This document shows, one piece after another, positions 16,449 to 26,998 of a stretch of DNA of 64,000 bases; the stretch's first letter is position 1; the number at the start of each line of letters is the position of its first letter. The stretch spans positions 768-64,767 of IMG/VR virus record IMGVR_UViG_2835547190_000003. The stretch is one strand, 5' to 3'. Under the pieces are notes generated by a model. It was not told the origin of the DNA. It did not search any database and was given only the letters and a program-made list of their open reading frames with translations. The stretch comes from a virus (taxonomy: Duplodnaviria; Caudoviricetes). The translations under genes were made by a program, and so were the position numbers.

Positions 16449-19400
16449 TCAGCGGTTCCAGACGAGCGCGCGTAGCAGCCAAGAGCCGCCATTGTAATTA
16501 AATGACAATCCCGTCGTACGTATCACCTGAACTGCGTATGTATTATTGCCTTGGACGGCAGTTGGGTCGATAAACAATCCGTTATTCGTCACTGTGAAGC
16601 TCAGGTTGCCTGTCCCACTCACACCGTTCTCGGTGACCTGAAAAACATGACCAGTTGTCAGATTGATCATCCTTAATTGAGCTATGAAAGTTGTCCCTCC
16701 GCCGCCGCCTGCCGCACCTGTGAAGCCACAGCTTGATCTAACCTCGATGAATGCTGTCCCAGCCTGCGGATTGCTCGTGACAAGCGATCCGACTGTGGTC
16801 CATACATTAGGTGTGGCACCAGATGGAAAGGCACCGCTGTTAGGATAAACCTGCGTCACGTTATGGAAATCGATATTGCTAGTCTTGACCTGCAAATCTC
16901 CGATCTTGGCGCTGGTTATTGCAGCGTTTTCTATTTGCGCTGTGGTGATCTGGACATCAACAATTCTGGCCCAATTGACATAAAGCTGGTTTGCATAAAT
17001 AGCCCCATTCTGCACCAGAAACGGCAGGTAGAACTCGTCCCTGTCGTTCGGGTTCATCACCACAAACTGGTTTGCAACAATCGCAGCCCGACTTTGCCCG
17101 GATGATGTCGCGCTTAATAGGATCGCCGCAGTCTGCGTTGCGCCCGTTGCGGTTGCCGACACACCAATGCCAATTGTCGAAAGCGCACCCGTCTGCGTTG
17201 CTACCTGCTCCGAACGGAAATAACCCCCAGCGGTTACACCATCCACCGTCGCCGTCAATGAAGTGATGCGCGATGCTGTGGCTTGCAGTCCCGTGTCGGG
17301 GTCATTTACCTCAACCAGCACAACGTCGATTGCTTCTGCGGTTGCCCGAAGCCCCGTTACGGGATCGTCAACAGTTGCCTCAAGGCTTTCCACCCTGCCG
17401 ACAAGTGCCGATCCGGGGCCTACCCATGCAACGATTTCTCGCATGTAGTCTGCCGTCAGACCTTCACTGCTGGCTGTTACTGTCTCATAGAGCCGATTGA
17501 CCTCAAAGGTAATAGCACTATCTAGTTCCGTACCAACCTTGCCGAGACGGTCCATCTCTTCTTGCGCGGCACGCTGCGCATTGAACAGCCAACCCATACC
17601 TTGCTTAATGTCGGCGGTAAGTTCGTCAACATCGATTGGGTAGATGTCTTTCAGGCCCAGCCGTATGTTGAATGTCGTTACGGGTAGCCAGCCGGACCAT
17701 AATGTCGGACGTGAGCTGCCGGGGATATACTTCCCCCGAACCACATAATCCGTTAGCGCAACAATTCCCTGAGAAATTAGGGTCGAGCCGACTTCCGGCC
17801 TGTCTGTTCTCCCACGATAGATGACCTCCAGCGTTGCTGCCAGTGCGACCTCAAACTGCACACCGACAACATCCACCTGATCGCCGTCCCACACCAGCCG
17901 GATAGCGGGCCTGCGCGCATCCCCATCGTTGTCGTAAACCGCATCTGGTTCAGCGTACCAATCCACAATCGGCTGCGGCGTAGGATATATTGTTCCTATT
18001 GGTGCAAACACCGGCGGCGTGTAGTCAGTCGATTGGTTCCAATCGTAATCGGACGGGTCGACTTCGGTTAGGTCTACTACCACGTCGAGATTTGCCCGAT
18101 CTCCGACGCCATCAACACGCATGAGCTTGTTGACATAGCCGTTACGCGCGGAAGTCCACGAGATGACATCCCCAGGCTCCAGCGTCCAGTATGCGGGCGG
18201 CAAAACAAACGTATGACGCCGCGCGCGACGAGCCTCATTCAAAGCCGCTTTCATCAAGCGTTGCACCTGCCCCGGCCTATAGACATAATCCATCGGTATC
18301 GCGGTCAGCAGGCGGCGATTTCCGTCTTCAGCCTCAAATGTGCTATTGTAAAGCGGCGGTGCTGCCTTGGTATTCCAGCCTTCTTTCGGTTCTGGATAGG
18401 TCGCGGTGATACCGTTGACCGTCTCTGACAGACCGAAAAATGGTGTGAAAGACTGCTCTTCGGTCGAGATGATTACTTCATCATTGATTGACCCGACTGG
18501 CGGGTCAGGTTCGCCCACACGAATTTTGTATGTGCCCGCGCTTTCGACAAGCCGGGCATTGCCGCCGGTTAGGAGCGTATCGACCACATCGCCAATCGTA
18601 TCATCAACGGTGATTTCGCCGCCAGTGACAAATTGCGGCTCCAATCCGTCCGGCCCTTGCACCTGCTGGCGACACTTATTGATCTGTGCAATCCAGTCAG
18701 CGGTTGGCAGGCGAGGCGTGGTAATAGATTGAATGCCATAGAGCCACGTTGATTGAACATTGATACCAAGCAGCAGATTGTAGACCTGTACGGCTAGTAG
18801 GTCGTCGCCATCGCCGCCCCATGTCGCCGGGTCAGACAGGCGATGCGTACCGATGCCGCCTGCCGTGCTGTCTTTCGATACGTCATAAAGCTTACGACCC
18901 TGCACCTCGAACCTGAAGGACGGGAAGCCGGTGAAAAGCTCGGCCTGATACTGCGAAGTAACGATTGCATAAGCCACGCCTTTGCCGATACGGCGATTGC
19001 TATATGGCCTTTGCGCACTGGAAACCGTACCGACAAGGAATGGATCAGGGGCAGTCTGTGTGCCGTCATACCACCTGATCCACATATTGTTGCCAGAGCT
19101 GCCATAGCGATATTCGGGGATGGCATAGCCCATCGGCTCTTCGTCGTTCATGTCGACGGTTACGGGTTCGCCATTCACCCAAAGGCCGGTAATGTCCCTG
19201 ATGGGGTGGTCCGCAAGCGCAATCACCTGCGTGAAATAAGCGTTCGGCGTTTTGCCGGATTTGCCCCATGCATTGGCGTAAACGAGCGATCCTGCCGTAC
19301 ATGTGCGTCCGAGCACAATGGACCGCGCGACGTCGCCACCGGCTTGCAGCCTGCCATTGATGCCGCCCGATTCTTGCGTCTTGTTGCCTGCCAGAGCGCG

Positions 19401-19520
19401 CGCTGCAAGCGACAGGCCGATGCCAACGGCGGCTTTGAGGATAGCGCCACCGATAGCGCCCGACAAAAAGGTAGACGACAGCAAGCCGCCGATTGCAGCG
19501 GTTATACCAAATACAGCCAT
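16449..19520 (-). CDS. Tail tip / host-specificity protein (J-like)
   Basis: 1023 aa; FEVQGRKLYD, LEPGDVI, C-terminal ITSAKIG repeats. Confidence 0.9.
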   Translation of the reverse strand: MAVFGITAAIGGLLSSTFLSGAIGGAILKAAVGIGLSLAARALAGNKTQESGGINGRLQAGGDVARSIVLGRTCTAGSLVYANAWGKSGKTPNAYFTQVIALADHPIRDITGLWVNGEPVTVDMNDEEPMGYAIPEYRYGSSGNNMWIRWYDGTQTAPDPFLVGTVSSAQRPYSNRRIGKGVAYAIVTSQYQAELFTGFPSFRFEVQGRKLYDVSKDSTAGGIGTHRLSDPATWGGDGDDLLAVQVYNLLLGINVQSTWLYGIQSITTPRLPTADWIAQINKCRQQVQGPDGLEPQFVTGGEITVDDTIGDVVDTLLTGGNARLVESAGTYKIRVGEPDPPVGSINDEVIISTEEQSFTPFFGLSETVNGITATYPEPKEGWNTKAAPPLYNSTFEAEDGNRRLLTAIPMDYVYRPGQVQRLMKAALNEARRARRHTFVLPPAYWTLEPGDVISWTSARNGYVNKLMRVDGVGDRANLDVVVDLTEVDPSDYDWNQSTDYTPPVFAPIGTIYPTPQPIVDWYAEPDAVYDNDGDARRPAIRLVWDGDQVDVVGVQFEVALAATLEVIYRGRTDRPEVGSTLISQGIVALTDYVVRGKYIPGSSRPTLWSGWLPVTTFNIRLGLKDIYPIDVDELTADIKQGMGWLFNAQRAAQEEMDRLGKVGTELDSAITFEVNRLYETVTASSEGLTADYMREIVAWVGPGSALVGRVESLEATVDDPVTGLRATAEAIDVVLVEVNDPDTGLQATASRITSLTATVDGVTAGGYFRSEQVATQTGALSTIGIGVSATATGATQTAAILLSATSSGQSRAAIVANQFVVMNPNDRDEFYLPFLVQNGAIYANQLYVNWARIVDVQITTAQIENAAITSAKIGDLQVKTSNIDFHNVTQVYPNSGAFPSGATPNVWTTVGSLVTSNPQAGTAFIEVRSSCGFTGAAGGGGGTTFIAQLRMINLTTGHVFQVTENGVSGTGNLSFTVTNNGLFIDPTAVQGNNTYAVQVIRTTGLSFNYNGGSWLLRALVWNR

Positions 19521-19542
19521 TTATACCTCGGAGATAGGCGAG

Positions 19543-19977
19543 CTAAAGCCGCTTTAGAAAATGCCGCTCTTGGGCGGTGTAGCCGTGGCGCTCGTAAAGG
19601 CGCATCGTGACAGGATCGGCACCAAGGCCGACCATATTGACGGCATGACAGCCCTTGGACCTCGCCCACGCCTCGTATTCGGCAAGCATTTTGACCGCGC
19701 CACGACCGCGATAGGCAGGCTCAACCCACCAGACGAGTTCCTGCGCACAGCGTTCGATTGAAAAGAAGTGCGGCTGGATGATTGCTGCGAAAACACCGCG
19801 CAGCTTGCCTTCAAGCTCAAGCACCAAGGCGAGAGCGTCATCATCGCCCATCACGCGGTCTATGGTTGCCATCGCCATGGCCGGGCTGAAGCCCAGCCCA
19901 ACCCCACTTTCGGCATGGAAACGCTTGACCATGGATAGGATCGCCATGCGGTCGCTTTGCGCTGCCCGCCGTATCAC
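19543..19977 (-). CDS. GNAT-family acetyltransferase
   Basis: WWVEPAYRGRG acetyl-CoA motif, LYERHGY; GTG start overlapping the upstream stop. Confidence 0.85.
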   Translation of the reverse strand: MIRRAAQSDRMAILSMVKRFHAESGVGLGFSPAMAMATIDRVMGDDDALALVLELEGKLRGVFAAIIQPHFFSIERCAQELVWWVEPAYRGRGAVKMLAEYEAWARSKGCHAVNMVGLGADPVTMRLYERHGYTAQERHFLKRL

Positions 19978-20657
19978 TGATTGGCCGCCTTGATTGACGT
20001 CGCTATGCGCTTGAGCATCGCGCCGCTTGTGCTGACCTTGCCATTTATGCGGCCCCAGAAGTGCTCCCAATCGCCAACCGTCGATGCATCGATAAAAAAA
20101 TCATCATTCGGATCACGCAGCTTCTGATCTTCATGCGATCTTGTCGCCGGGTTATAGCGCGTGAATTCATGGCTATGGCTGGCGCATGTCAGCGTGATCG
20201 CGCCCTCGTCGCCTTCCTTTGGAGTGTTAATCTCCACCTGATCCACATAGCCGATAAAGCGGTTGATGGCAGGAGCAACGATCTGGCGCGATGTGGGCGA
20301 AAACAGGCCGCGATAGACTTCAACCGGGGCCTGCTTGAGATCGTAACCGCGCACGATATTCTGCACCGCGTCATCGATCTGGTTCATTGTGACAGTGATG
20401 GTCTGCACGGTCAGGTTGGCCACAAGCGGAATGTCGCTGATCTGGATAAGCGTGCCCGAGCCTTCAAAGTTGCGCGTTTCAGCCAAGCCGGTATTCGGAT
20501 TCAGGACCGGCGCGGAAACGTCACCTACATCTGACCAGAAGCCATATGGGAACGGCGCTCTTGTTGCCCGGTCACGCGCGACGATCCAGAGAAAGTCACG
20601 CGCCACCAGTTCGCGCGCCTGCAATGCCGCGTAGTTCGCGGCTGAAAGGTTTCTCAT
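19974..20657 (-). CDS. Minor tail / baseplate hub protein
   Basis: Position in tail module; FIGYVD, QKLRxPNDDFF. Confidence 0.75.
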   Translation of the reverse strand: MRNLSAANYAALQARELVARDFLWIVARDRATRAPFPYGFWSDVGDVSAPVLNPNTGLAETRNFEGSGTLIQISDIPLVANLTVQTITVTMNQIDDAVQNIVRGYDLKQAPVEVYRGLFSPTSRQIVAPAINRFIGYVDQVEINTPKEGDEGAITLTCASHSHEFTRYNPATRSHEDQKLRDPNDDFFIDASTVGDWEHFWGRINGKVSTSGAMLKRIATSIKAANQ

Positions 20658-21262
20658 CGGCTTTCAAATCCCTGAAACGTCACCACACCGCGCCCCGTCG
20701 CCAGTTCCGCCGTGGTGCTAATGCTGCCCGGCACGATGGTCATGAGGCAGGATGGCTTAACGAGTGTCACGGCATTGCCGGTTGTGATTGTCGGCCACAG
20801 ATGCGGCCTGATCTCGATTTCGGCCCCGGCCACATTCACGACTTGGTGCAGATTGTTCGGCGCGATCTGAAGATAATCGCCTACGTTGACGACATAACCA
20901 GCCGGCAGTCCGGTCATCGTCATCGTGTTGCGATTTGCGCCGATGGTGCCGACCTTGACGGTGGCAACATTCCCCATGCCCGTGCCGTTTGGATATGCAA
21001 CCGGATAGCAGCGGCTTGTCGGCCTGCCGAAAAACTGTTTCAACCCGCCTTCCAGACCTTTCAATCGTGCGCGCCATGCATCCAGTTCGTTCGGCTTCAT
21101 GCTACGCGACTGATACGTGGCCTGCCACAGCGGCGAGCCAAAGTCCTTGACAAATGTCTGCCCGATAGCCGTTCGGCTGGTTTCCTGCCGGTAAACAAGG
21201 TCAAAGTCAGTTGACCAACCCGGAAAATCGGAAAGGATGTCGTATGGGTACGTGATTGCCAT
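20654..21262 (-). CDS. Distal tail protein
   Basis: Downstream of tape measure; WQATY, GDYLQI, IRPHL. Confidence 0.7.
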   Translation of the reverse strand: MAITYPYDILSDFPGWSTDFDLVYRQETSRTAIGQTFVKDFGSPLWQATYQSRSMKPNELDAWRARLKGLEGGLKQFFGRPTSRCYPVAYPNGTGMGNVATVKVGTIGANRNTMTMTGLPAGYVVNVGDYLQIAPNNLHQVVNVAGAEIEIRPHLWPTITTGNAVTLVKPSCLMTIVPGSISTTAELATGRGVVTFQGFESR

Positions 21263-21324
21263 TGATGCGCCCATAAAAAAGGGCGCTCGAAGCGCCCATC
21301 AATGTTTCGTTTTAGTCGGGAAGA

Positions 21325-21597
21325 TCAGACCTTGGCGGTTGCAATCGCTCCGAAGAGTTTGCCGAGCCGTTCTGCCCCTGCCTGCTCAATTTCTTTGATG
21401 GTCTTACTTTCCCACTCTCCTTGGAGAAGGATCACTGTCATCTCACCGCCTTCGACATACTGAGCATCGTCCACATAACGATCCTCAGCGCCGTAATCGA
21501 TATTGAAGATGACGTACATTACATCGTCGTGCACTTCGGTACGTGAAAGCTTGATGTCAATTCCGGGTTTCATAATCACCTCAATTGAAGCGGCCAA
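21325..21597 (-). CDS. Hypothetical acidic protein inserted after tape measure
   Basis: 90-aa ORF followed by terminator at ~21275-21297. Confidence 0.5.
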   Translation of the reverse strand: MAASIEVIMKPGIDIKLSRTEVHDDVMYVIFNIDYGAEDRYVDDAQYVEGGEMTVILLQGEWESKTIKEIEQAGAERLGKLFGAIATAKV

Positions 21598-24352
21598 ATT
21601 TTACTCGTGTACTATTAGCGTTGCGGACAGCTTCCACAACCCTATAGCTAAACTCAGCCTGTTGGCGCGCAACAACCTGTTCAAGCCGTGCCACCGCTGC
21701 GCTATCCGCACCGCGAGCGTCAATGACAGGTGCAAAGGTGATGGATTGCGTGTTGCTGTTGGTCGGCGCTTGGAGGCGGGGCATAGTCGGCACACTAGGC
21801 AGGCTCGCGCCCACATATCCGCCAGCGGCATAGCCTTTGAGGCCGCGCCGCATAGCGTCTAGCGCAGCCGGGCCACCCGCCTTCTTGACCGCATCTTGGT
21901 CAAAGACATATTCGCCTTTATGCACAACGCCCGCAGGTTCGTACTTGCCGCCGTGGCCGGTATAGCCGCCCTTGTCAAAACCAAAAATGCTGCCAATAGA
22001 GCCGAATATCCCGCCCCCGCCGCCGCTCTTGAACATGCCTGAAAACAGGTCATCAAACGCCATATCCAGCAGCTTATCCGCTATTTTCTGCAACGCGCCC
22101 GCAAACGCTTCCGCTGCCGATTTACCCGCAACGAGATCATCCACGATCCCGCGAAGGGCATCCTTTTGCGTGTCCTGCCATTCTTCGGCGCGCTGCCTGA
22201 TTTTATCCTGTGCCTCGGCAAGTTGATTGGCTTCCACAGTAGCAAGAGCAAACTGCTCTGCCGCCTGATTGATTTCTTTTTTAAGTGCTGGCGTAATTTC
22301 TAAACCAGCCTTCTGGGCCGCATTAAGCAGTTCTTGCTCAGCCCGTGCCTTTTCAAGGGCAAAGCCATAATCGTCAATCGTCGGGTCAAGCTGCCGCAAC
22401 GCTTCCGTTTCGGCAAGTATCGCTGCCGTCCGATCGGCAATCGATTTGGTCAGGCGCTCATAGTCGTTGTCGCGTTCGGCTTTGGGCTTCCTGCCTTCTG
22501 CTGATCGTGCGGCATCACCGGCAAGCTGCGCTTGCGCAATTTCCTTAATCTGCGCATCAGTAAGTTTGCGTCCATCCTTTTCAGCCTGCGCTCGAACTTG
22601 GGCAATCTTACTCTCAAGATCATATTGCGCCTTGCCTAGGCTAGCTCGCTGCTTGGCATTATTGACATATTCATCATTGAGTTGCCGCTCTTCGATCAGT
22701 TCCTGCCGGGCGCGAGTGCGACCGCCTCGGCTGAATGAGGATGATCCAAGACCATCGCCAGAAGTCGCCGCAACTTCTGCTCTGACTTCGCGGAAGCCTT
22801 GAGCGACAAGAGCCAGTCGATCAAGAAGGGGAGCAAGCTGATCTGCTAAGGCTTGGAAATTTGGGTTCGCGTTCGCGAGTGCATAGAGTTCATTTTTGGC
22901 CTCTTCTGCCCCATTTGCATTTTTGGCTAATTCATCGCGCAGACGATTCAAGTCATCCATCTGATCTTGAGACGCCATAGGTTGGCGGGACATATTGCCC
23001 GCCTCATCCGTCACGATTTTGAGCGCCGGAGCTACTTCGATAGCGGCATCCAGCAGCTTCAATGCCGCGGCGTGCGCATCCTCAAACTCTTGTTCAGCCG
23101 CACTGCTCTCATGTCCAAGCGCATTTTTGAGCGCTTCGTTATAGCGCTGCCCCGCCGCTTCGACTTTCTCTGCTGATTTTTCCGCGCGACCTTCAATATC
23201 CTCAAGGCGCTCTGCGAACCGCCGCGCACCCTCGCTAGCCTCCGCCGTCGCGCTGCTGTAAAGCATCAGCGACGAAACAACCGCCCCGCCGATAAGCAGC
23301 CCCACAGGGCCAGCAGCAGCGCCGAGGCCGGTAAATGCAGTGGCGAGGCCCGCCATAGTCCTTGCCGCTGTTAAGGCGCGCGTGAAGTTAATCAGTGCCG
23401 GTCCAGCAAGTCCCAGCGTCGAGATCATCTTGAGTAACGAGCGCCCGATAAGCGCACCGGCGATAACGCCAGCCAATTGCAACGCTACGTCTGCGGTCTT
23501 ATCGAAGTTGTCGGCCATGATGACCAACGCTTCGGAAATTTTAGCGCTTACTCCCGTAGCCTGATCAGCGTTACCGACATATTCGAGCATCGCGTTATTT
23601 AGAAGCGTGAAGCCGTCGCCAATCGTGGCGGGCATGTCTGCCGCCTCTTTACGCAGCACCTCCATCTGGCTAGACAGGGATCGGACAATATCACGGCCCG
23701 TGATCTTACCCTGCTGGCCGAGTGCGCGGAGTTGATTGACGCCTACGCCCAGCCCCTCGGCCAATGCTTCAGCGAGCCTTCCGCCCTGCTCAATGACTGT
23801 ATTGAGGTTGTCGCCTGAAAGCTTGCCACCAGCCATCGCCTTCGACAGCGCGTTCATGACGGCTTCCGCGCGCTGGCCTTTTGCACCGGAGATTACAAGT
23901 GCGTTATTGACGGACTCGGTATAATCCAGCGTCTGATTTGTGCTGTAGCCAAGCTCCTTCATGGCCGTGGCGTTTAGCAAATAGCCCTCTGCCGTCTGCT
24001 CCAACGACGAGTAGGTGCGGCGGGCAACCTCGCCCAGCCTACCCATTACTTCCGCGCCTTTATCCAACCCGCCTGCCGCAAGAGCAACGCGACTATTCAG
24101 GTCGGTCCACGTATCTGTCATCTGGCGTATCTGATCGGCGCCAAGCACCGCACCAATGCCAGCCATAGGGGCAATAAGGCTGCGCGCCATATTTCGGCCG
24201 ATACCGTCGAGGCGCTTATTAGCTGCGCGCCATGTTCCCTCGACTTGCCGCGCGGCTTTTGCACTTACGCCGTTCATCTGCTGCAAATCGCGCATAAACG
24301 GCTTCATCTCCATGCGCAGCGTTGCGCGGAGTTCTTCAACGGTGACGGCCAT
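21581..24352 (-). CDS. Tail tape-measure protein
   Basis: 923 aa, Ala-rich helical; GGYTG..GKYEPAGVVHKGEYV. Confidence 0.95.
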   Translation of the reverse strand: MAVTVEELRATLRMEMKPFMRDLQQMNGVSAKAARQVEGTWRAANKRLDGIGRNMARSLIAPMAGIGAVLGADQIRQMTDTWTDLNSRVALAAGGLDKGAEVMGRLGEVARRTYSSLEQTAEGYLLNATAMKELGYSTNQTLDYTESVNNALVISGAKGQRAEAVMNALSKAMAGGKLSGDNLNTVIEQGGRLAEALAEGLGVGVNQLRALGQQGKITGRDIVRSLSSQMEVLRKEAADMPATIGDGFTLLNNAMLEYVGNADQATGVSAKISEALVIMADNFDKTADVALQLAGVIAGALIGRSLLKMISTLGLAGPALINFTRALTAARTMAGLATAFTGLGAAAGPVGLLIGGAVVSSLMLYSSATAEASEGARRFAERLEDIEGRAEKSAEKVEAAGQRYNEALKNALGHESSAAEQEFEDAHAAALKLLDAAIEVAPALKIVTDEAGNMSRQPMASQDQMDDLNRLRDELAKNANGAEEAKNELYALANANPNFQALADQLAPLLDRLALVAQGFREVRAEVAATSGDGLGSSSFSRGGRTRARQELIEERQLNDEYVNNAKQRASLGKAQYDLESKIAQVRAQAEKDGRKLTDAQIKEIAQAQLAGDAARSAEGRKPKAERDNDYERLTKSIADRTAAILAETEALRQLDPTIDDYGFALEKARAEQELLNAAQKAGLEITPALKKEINQAAEQFALATVEANQLAEAQDKIRQRAEEWQDTQKDALRGIVDDLVAGKSAAEAFAGALQKIADKLLDMAFDDLFSGMFKSGGGGGIFGSIGSIFGFDKGGYTGHGGKYEPAGVVHKGEYVFDQDAVKKAGGPAALDAMRRGLKGYAAGGYVGASLPSVPTMPRLQAPTNSNTQSITFAPVIDARGADSAAVARLEQVVARQQAEFSYRVVEAVRNANSTRVKFGRFN

Positions 24353-24390
24353 GGAAAATCCTGATAAGAAAAAAGCCCGCGTGGGCGAGC

Positions 24391-24663
24391 TTGGAGATGG
24401 GGATGACGATACAACGATATAGATTGACGCGAACGGGATGGATCGGCGCGATTTTGTTTGTAGCGCCTACGCCGCTCGCAGTATGGCTGTCATTGCCGCC
24501 AAAGCTAACCACAGGCGGGGCTATGTTTCAAAAGCGCTTAGCTGAAATTAGCGGCACCATACCAACCCATGGGCCGTCAACTTTCACTTTGACAGCCCTA
24601 GCAACAATGACGCTCATTGGATTGGTTATGGTGCTGATCGGCAGGGAGATTTACACCTACTGA
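24391..24663 (+). CDS. Two-TM membrane protein (moron)
   Basis: Opposite strand between tape measure and chaperones; two hydrophobic segments. Confidence 0.65.
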   Translation: MEMGMTIQRYRLTRTGWIGAILFVAPTPLAVWLSLPPKLTTGGAMFQKRLAEISGTIPTHGPSTFTLTALATMTLIGLVMVLIGREIYTY

Positions 24664-24821
24664 ACCGCCGTTCCCCTCGCCGCCTTCACCATCGCCAGAT
24701 GCTCTTCATAGGACGGCGGCGCAACTTCTTCTTCGGCGCCATTGGCTTTTGCCCAGCCTTTAGCTGCGACGGACAATTCCCACAGCGTCATCGTATCTAC
24801 GTCACGCGGCGTGAAGCCCAT
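24657..24821 (-). CDS. Tail assembly chaperone, GT-type C-terminal part
   Basis: MGFTPRDVDTMTLWE..; in the -1 frame relative to the upstream chaperone. Confidence 0.7.
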   Translation of the reverse strand: MGFTPRDVDTMTLWELSVAAKGWAKANGAEEEVAPPSYEEHLAMVKAARGTAVQ

Positions 24822-24853
24822 AGCCGCGCCAAGCCCGTAATAGGTGGAGAACG

Positions 24854-25324
24854 TCAGGTGTCCGTCGCTGTCGTCTCCACTTTCTGCTCCCCCGGTGCCA
24901 CATCCTCATCAGCCGACAATGACTTGATTAAGATCGCAGCGGCAAGGCCGATATGCTCCGATAATGGCCTGCTATCGACGTAGCTTTGTACGGCAAGGCT
25001 CGCCTCGGTAGGCGTTGCGCCAGCGCCGATCAGGCCCAATCGGATAGGCTCACGCACATCATCCACGCGCCAATCGCCACCGAAAGACCGCAACATACTG
25101 TAAATATTGAAGTCCGCTCGGAAATCTGGATCGTCGCCGCCAAATTCGTAATCCTTGGCGTTCGGGCGCTTCTGGTCTGCGGCCTGTGGCTGAAACGACA
25201 TTAGCCGCCCAAGAATAGTCGCCGGGCCAGCGTTGCATTTCTCTTGTAACTGGCGCAACTCGCCAATGCCGAGGCGGAACTGCCGCTCCACCCCGCCAAA
25301 CTCTTCGGTCAATGTCTGTGTCAT
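24854..25324 (-). CDS. Tail assembly chaperone (GTA gp10-like)
   Basis: FRLGIGELRQLQEKC..IRLGLIGAG. Confidence 0.8.
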   Translation of the reverse strand: MTQTLTEEFGGVERQFRLGIGELRQLQEKCNAGPATILGRLMSFQPQAADQKRPNAKDYEFGGDDPDFRADFNIYSMLRSFGGDWRVDDVREPIRLGLIGAGATPTEASLAVQSYVDSRPLSEHIGLAAAILIKSLSADEDVAPGEQKVETTATDT

Positions 25325-25761
25325 TACGTTGCAGGCACCCACGTAATTTCGCCGTCAGACTGGAGCGCAACGGTCGAAGTAACATAACCCTTGCCTTCCT
25401 TAGCAAGCCCGAGGCTGGTCATGACATATCGCCCTGCGAAGTGCCCGCCTCCCTGCACCGACGTAAGGCCGTCAAGCGTCACGCGTACATTGAAAGGCTC
25501 GCCAGAAAGCATGTGAGTCCGCAGCACGCCGAACGACACCGGGTCCATTGTGCCGGCACCGTTGATATTTGCAGACAGTGTATCAACCGAGCGCAGCACC
25601 CATCCTGGGGCGTTCGGATCTTCACAGTTTGGCTCGGTGGCGTCGGTGGTCGTCGCTTCAATCGAGAAATCCTGCGACGTGTTGATGGTGCAGGAATGGG
25701 TAAATTCTTCAGGAGTTGCGGCGTCGCCGAACTGAATTAGCAATTTCTTGGTCGTAGCCAT
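25324..25761 (-). CDS. Major tail tube protein
   Basis: LLIQFGD..C.IN..PxW..SxNGAG..LQSDG. Confidence 0.85.
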   Translation of the reverse strand: MATTKKLLIQFGDAATPEEFTHSCTINTSQDFSIEATTTDATEPNCEDPNAPGWVLRSVDTLSANINGAGTMDPVSFGVLRTHMLSGEPFNVRVTLDGLTSVQGGGHFAGRYVMTSLGLAKEGKGYVTSTVALQSDGEITWVPAT

Positions 25762-25822
25762 GAACGGCCTCCAAATAAAAATAGCCGCTCATGGCGGCTT
25801 GGTATGTTTTGGGGAGAGCCGT

Positions 25823-26212
25823 TTACGACGGCTGCGTTTCTATCGAGATTGACATGCGCGCGCGATAAAGCGGCGGATCGTCGGTGTAGACGATGCTTTC
25901 AACTCGAATGCGATCTACCGTATGCCCGGCGATGGTCAGATTTTGCTCGTGCAATGCATTGCGGATTGCCGCTGCTACATCTTTGGTCTTGATGTAGTTT
26001 AGCTGATCTGCCCACACGTCGATTTGCATTGTGCTTTCCGTGCGGTCCCAGCATTCTTCATCGATCGGCGTCTCAAATCCGGGCCAAACCTGCACATAAG
26101 GATATGCTGCATTGTCTGGAATGTAGCTGTAGACGCGCGTTCCTGCCGCCGTGTTGATTCCGCGAATAGTGGAGATCAGCGCCGCTTGCAGCGCAAGATT
26201 AGGGCTACCCAT
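25823..26212 (-). CDS. Tail terminator (DUF3168-like)
   Basis: RVY..PYV..QIDVW..IRNALH. Confidence 0.8.
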   Translation of the reverse strand: MGSPNLALQAALISTIRGINTAAGTRVYSYIPDNAAYPYVQVWPGFETPIDEECWDRTESTMQIDVWADQLNYIKTKDVAAAIRNALHEQNLTIAGHTVDRIRVESIVYTDDPPLYRARMSISIETQPS

Positions 26213-26630
26213 TCTTGACGGCCTCCCTCATCGCCCTGCGAATGCCAGTTCTGGCGCGGCTCATAGCTTTTCTTTTGCCAAGCTTATATCCGGGCCAGAA
26301 GAATGATTTGGGCGCGGCGTCTTTCGTGCCGTACTCAATAGCAAGCGCATAATCATACGTGGGCGAGTTGCCCTTTTCGCTATTGCGAACGGGCTTTGTT
26401 GTCGTCGGGCCGCCAGCGGCAACAGATACGCCAACCGTACCATCAGTAAGCGGTTCGGTGCGAATGGATGCCCGCAGAGTGCCATCGTCAACGGGCACGA
26501 ACGTCCGCTGCCGCATATTAATCTCGCGGCCAGCCAGCATAAGGTCGGTTTGAGCGCGCTTCTTTACAGTGTCAGGGATGCGGGCAAGCTTGCGCTTCAA
26601 TCGCTCCATGCCGATTATCGACATTGCCAT
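26205..26630 (-). CDS. HK97 gp10-like neck protein
   Basis: PVDDGTLRASI..YALAIEYGT..FFWP. Confidence 0.85.
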   Translation of the reverse strand: MAMSIIGMERLKRKLARIPDTVKKRAQTDLMLAGREINMRQRTFVPVDDGTLRASIRTEPLTDGTVGVSVAAGGPTTTKPVRNSEKGNSPTYDYALAIEYGTKDAAPKSFFWPGYKLGKRKAMSRARTGIRRAMREAVKNG

Positions 26631-26998
26631 TACGTCACCACTTCCTCGCAAAGCACTTCAAGCCATGCGTTTTTGCCGTCAGGGTCGGAAATCGCCTTAA
26701 TGTCAAAGACACGCTTCGGCTCGCCCCGCGCATTATTGCCAGCGCGCGCGTCAACCAGCCGCCAAGCTGGCGTAATGACGCGCGTTGCTTCGCTGGAGCG
26801 GATTGTCACGACATAGGGCTGCTTGCCTGCCAAACGCGAAGCCATGACGGCCTCGCTGCCCCGCAATGGCAGGAAGCTGGCCGCAACCGTGGCCTTGGTT
26901 TCAAAGCCTAGTTTCGTGCCGCCCCACCCGTCGTCGCCTTCTACCCAATCCTGGCAGTGCACCAGCCCACGCAATGGCCCCGCGCTACGGGTTGCCAT
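26630..26998 (-). CDS. Head closure protein
   Basis: DGWGG..GSEAVMASRL..VTIR..WRLVD. Confidence 0.8.
   Translation of the reverse strand: MATRSAGPLRGLVHCQDWVEGDDGWGGTKLGFETKATVAASFLPLRGSEAVMASRLAGKQPYVVTIRSSEATRVITPAWRLVDARAGNNARGEPKRVFDIKAISDPDGKNAWLEVLCEEVVT

Noticed and set aside
14493-19520. Diversity-generating retroelement or invertible tail-fibre cassette
   Set aside because: No reverse transcriptase, invertase or template/variable repeat pair seen.
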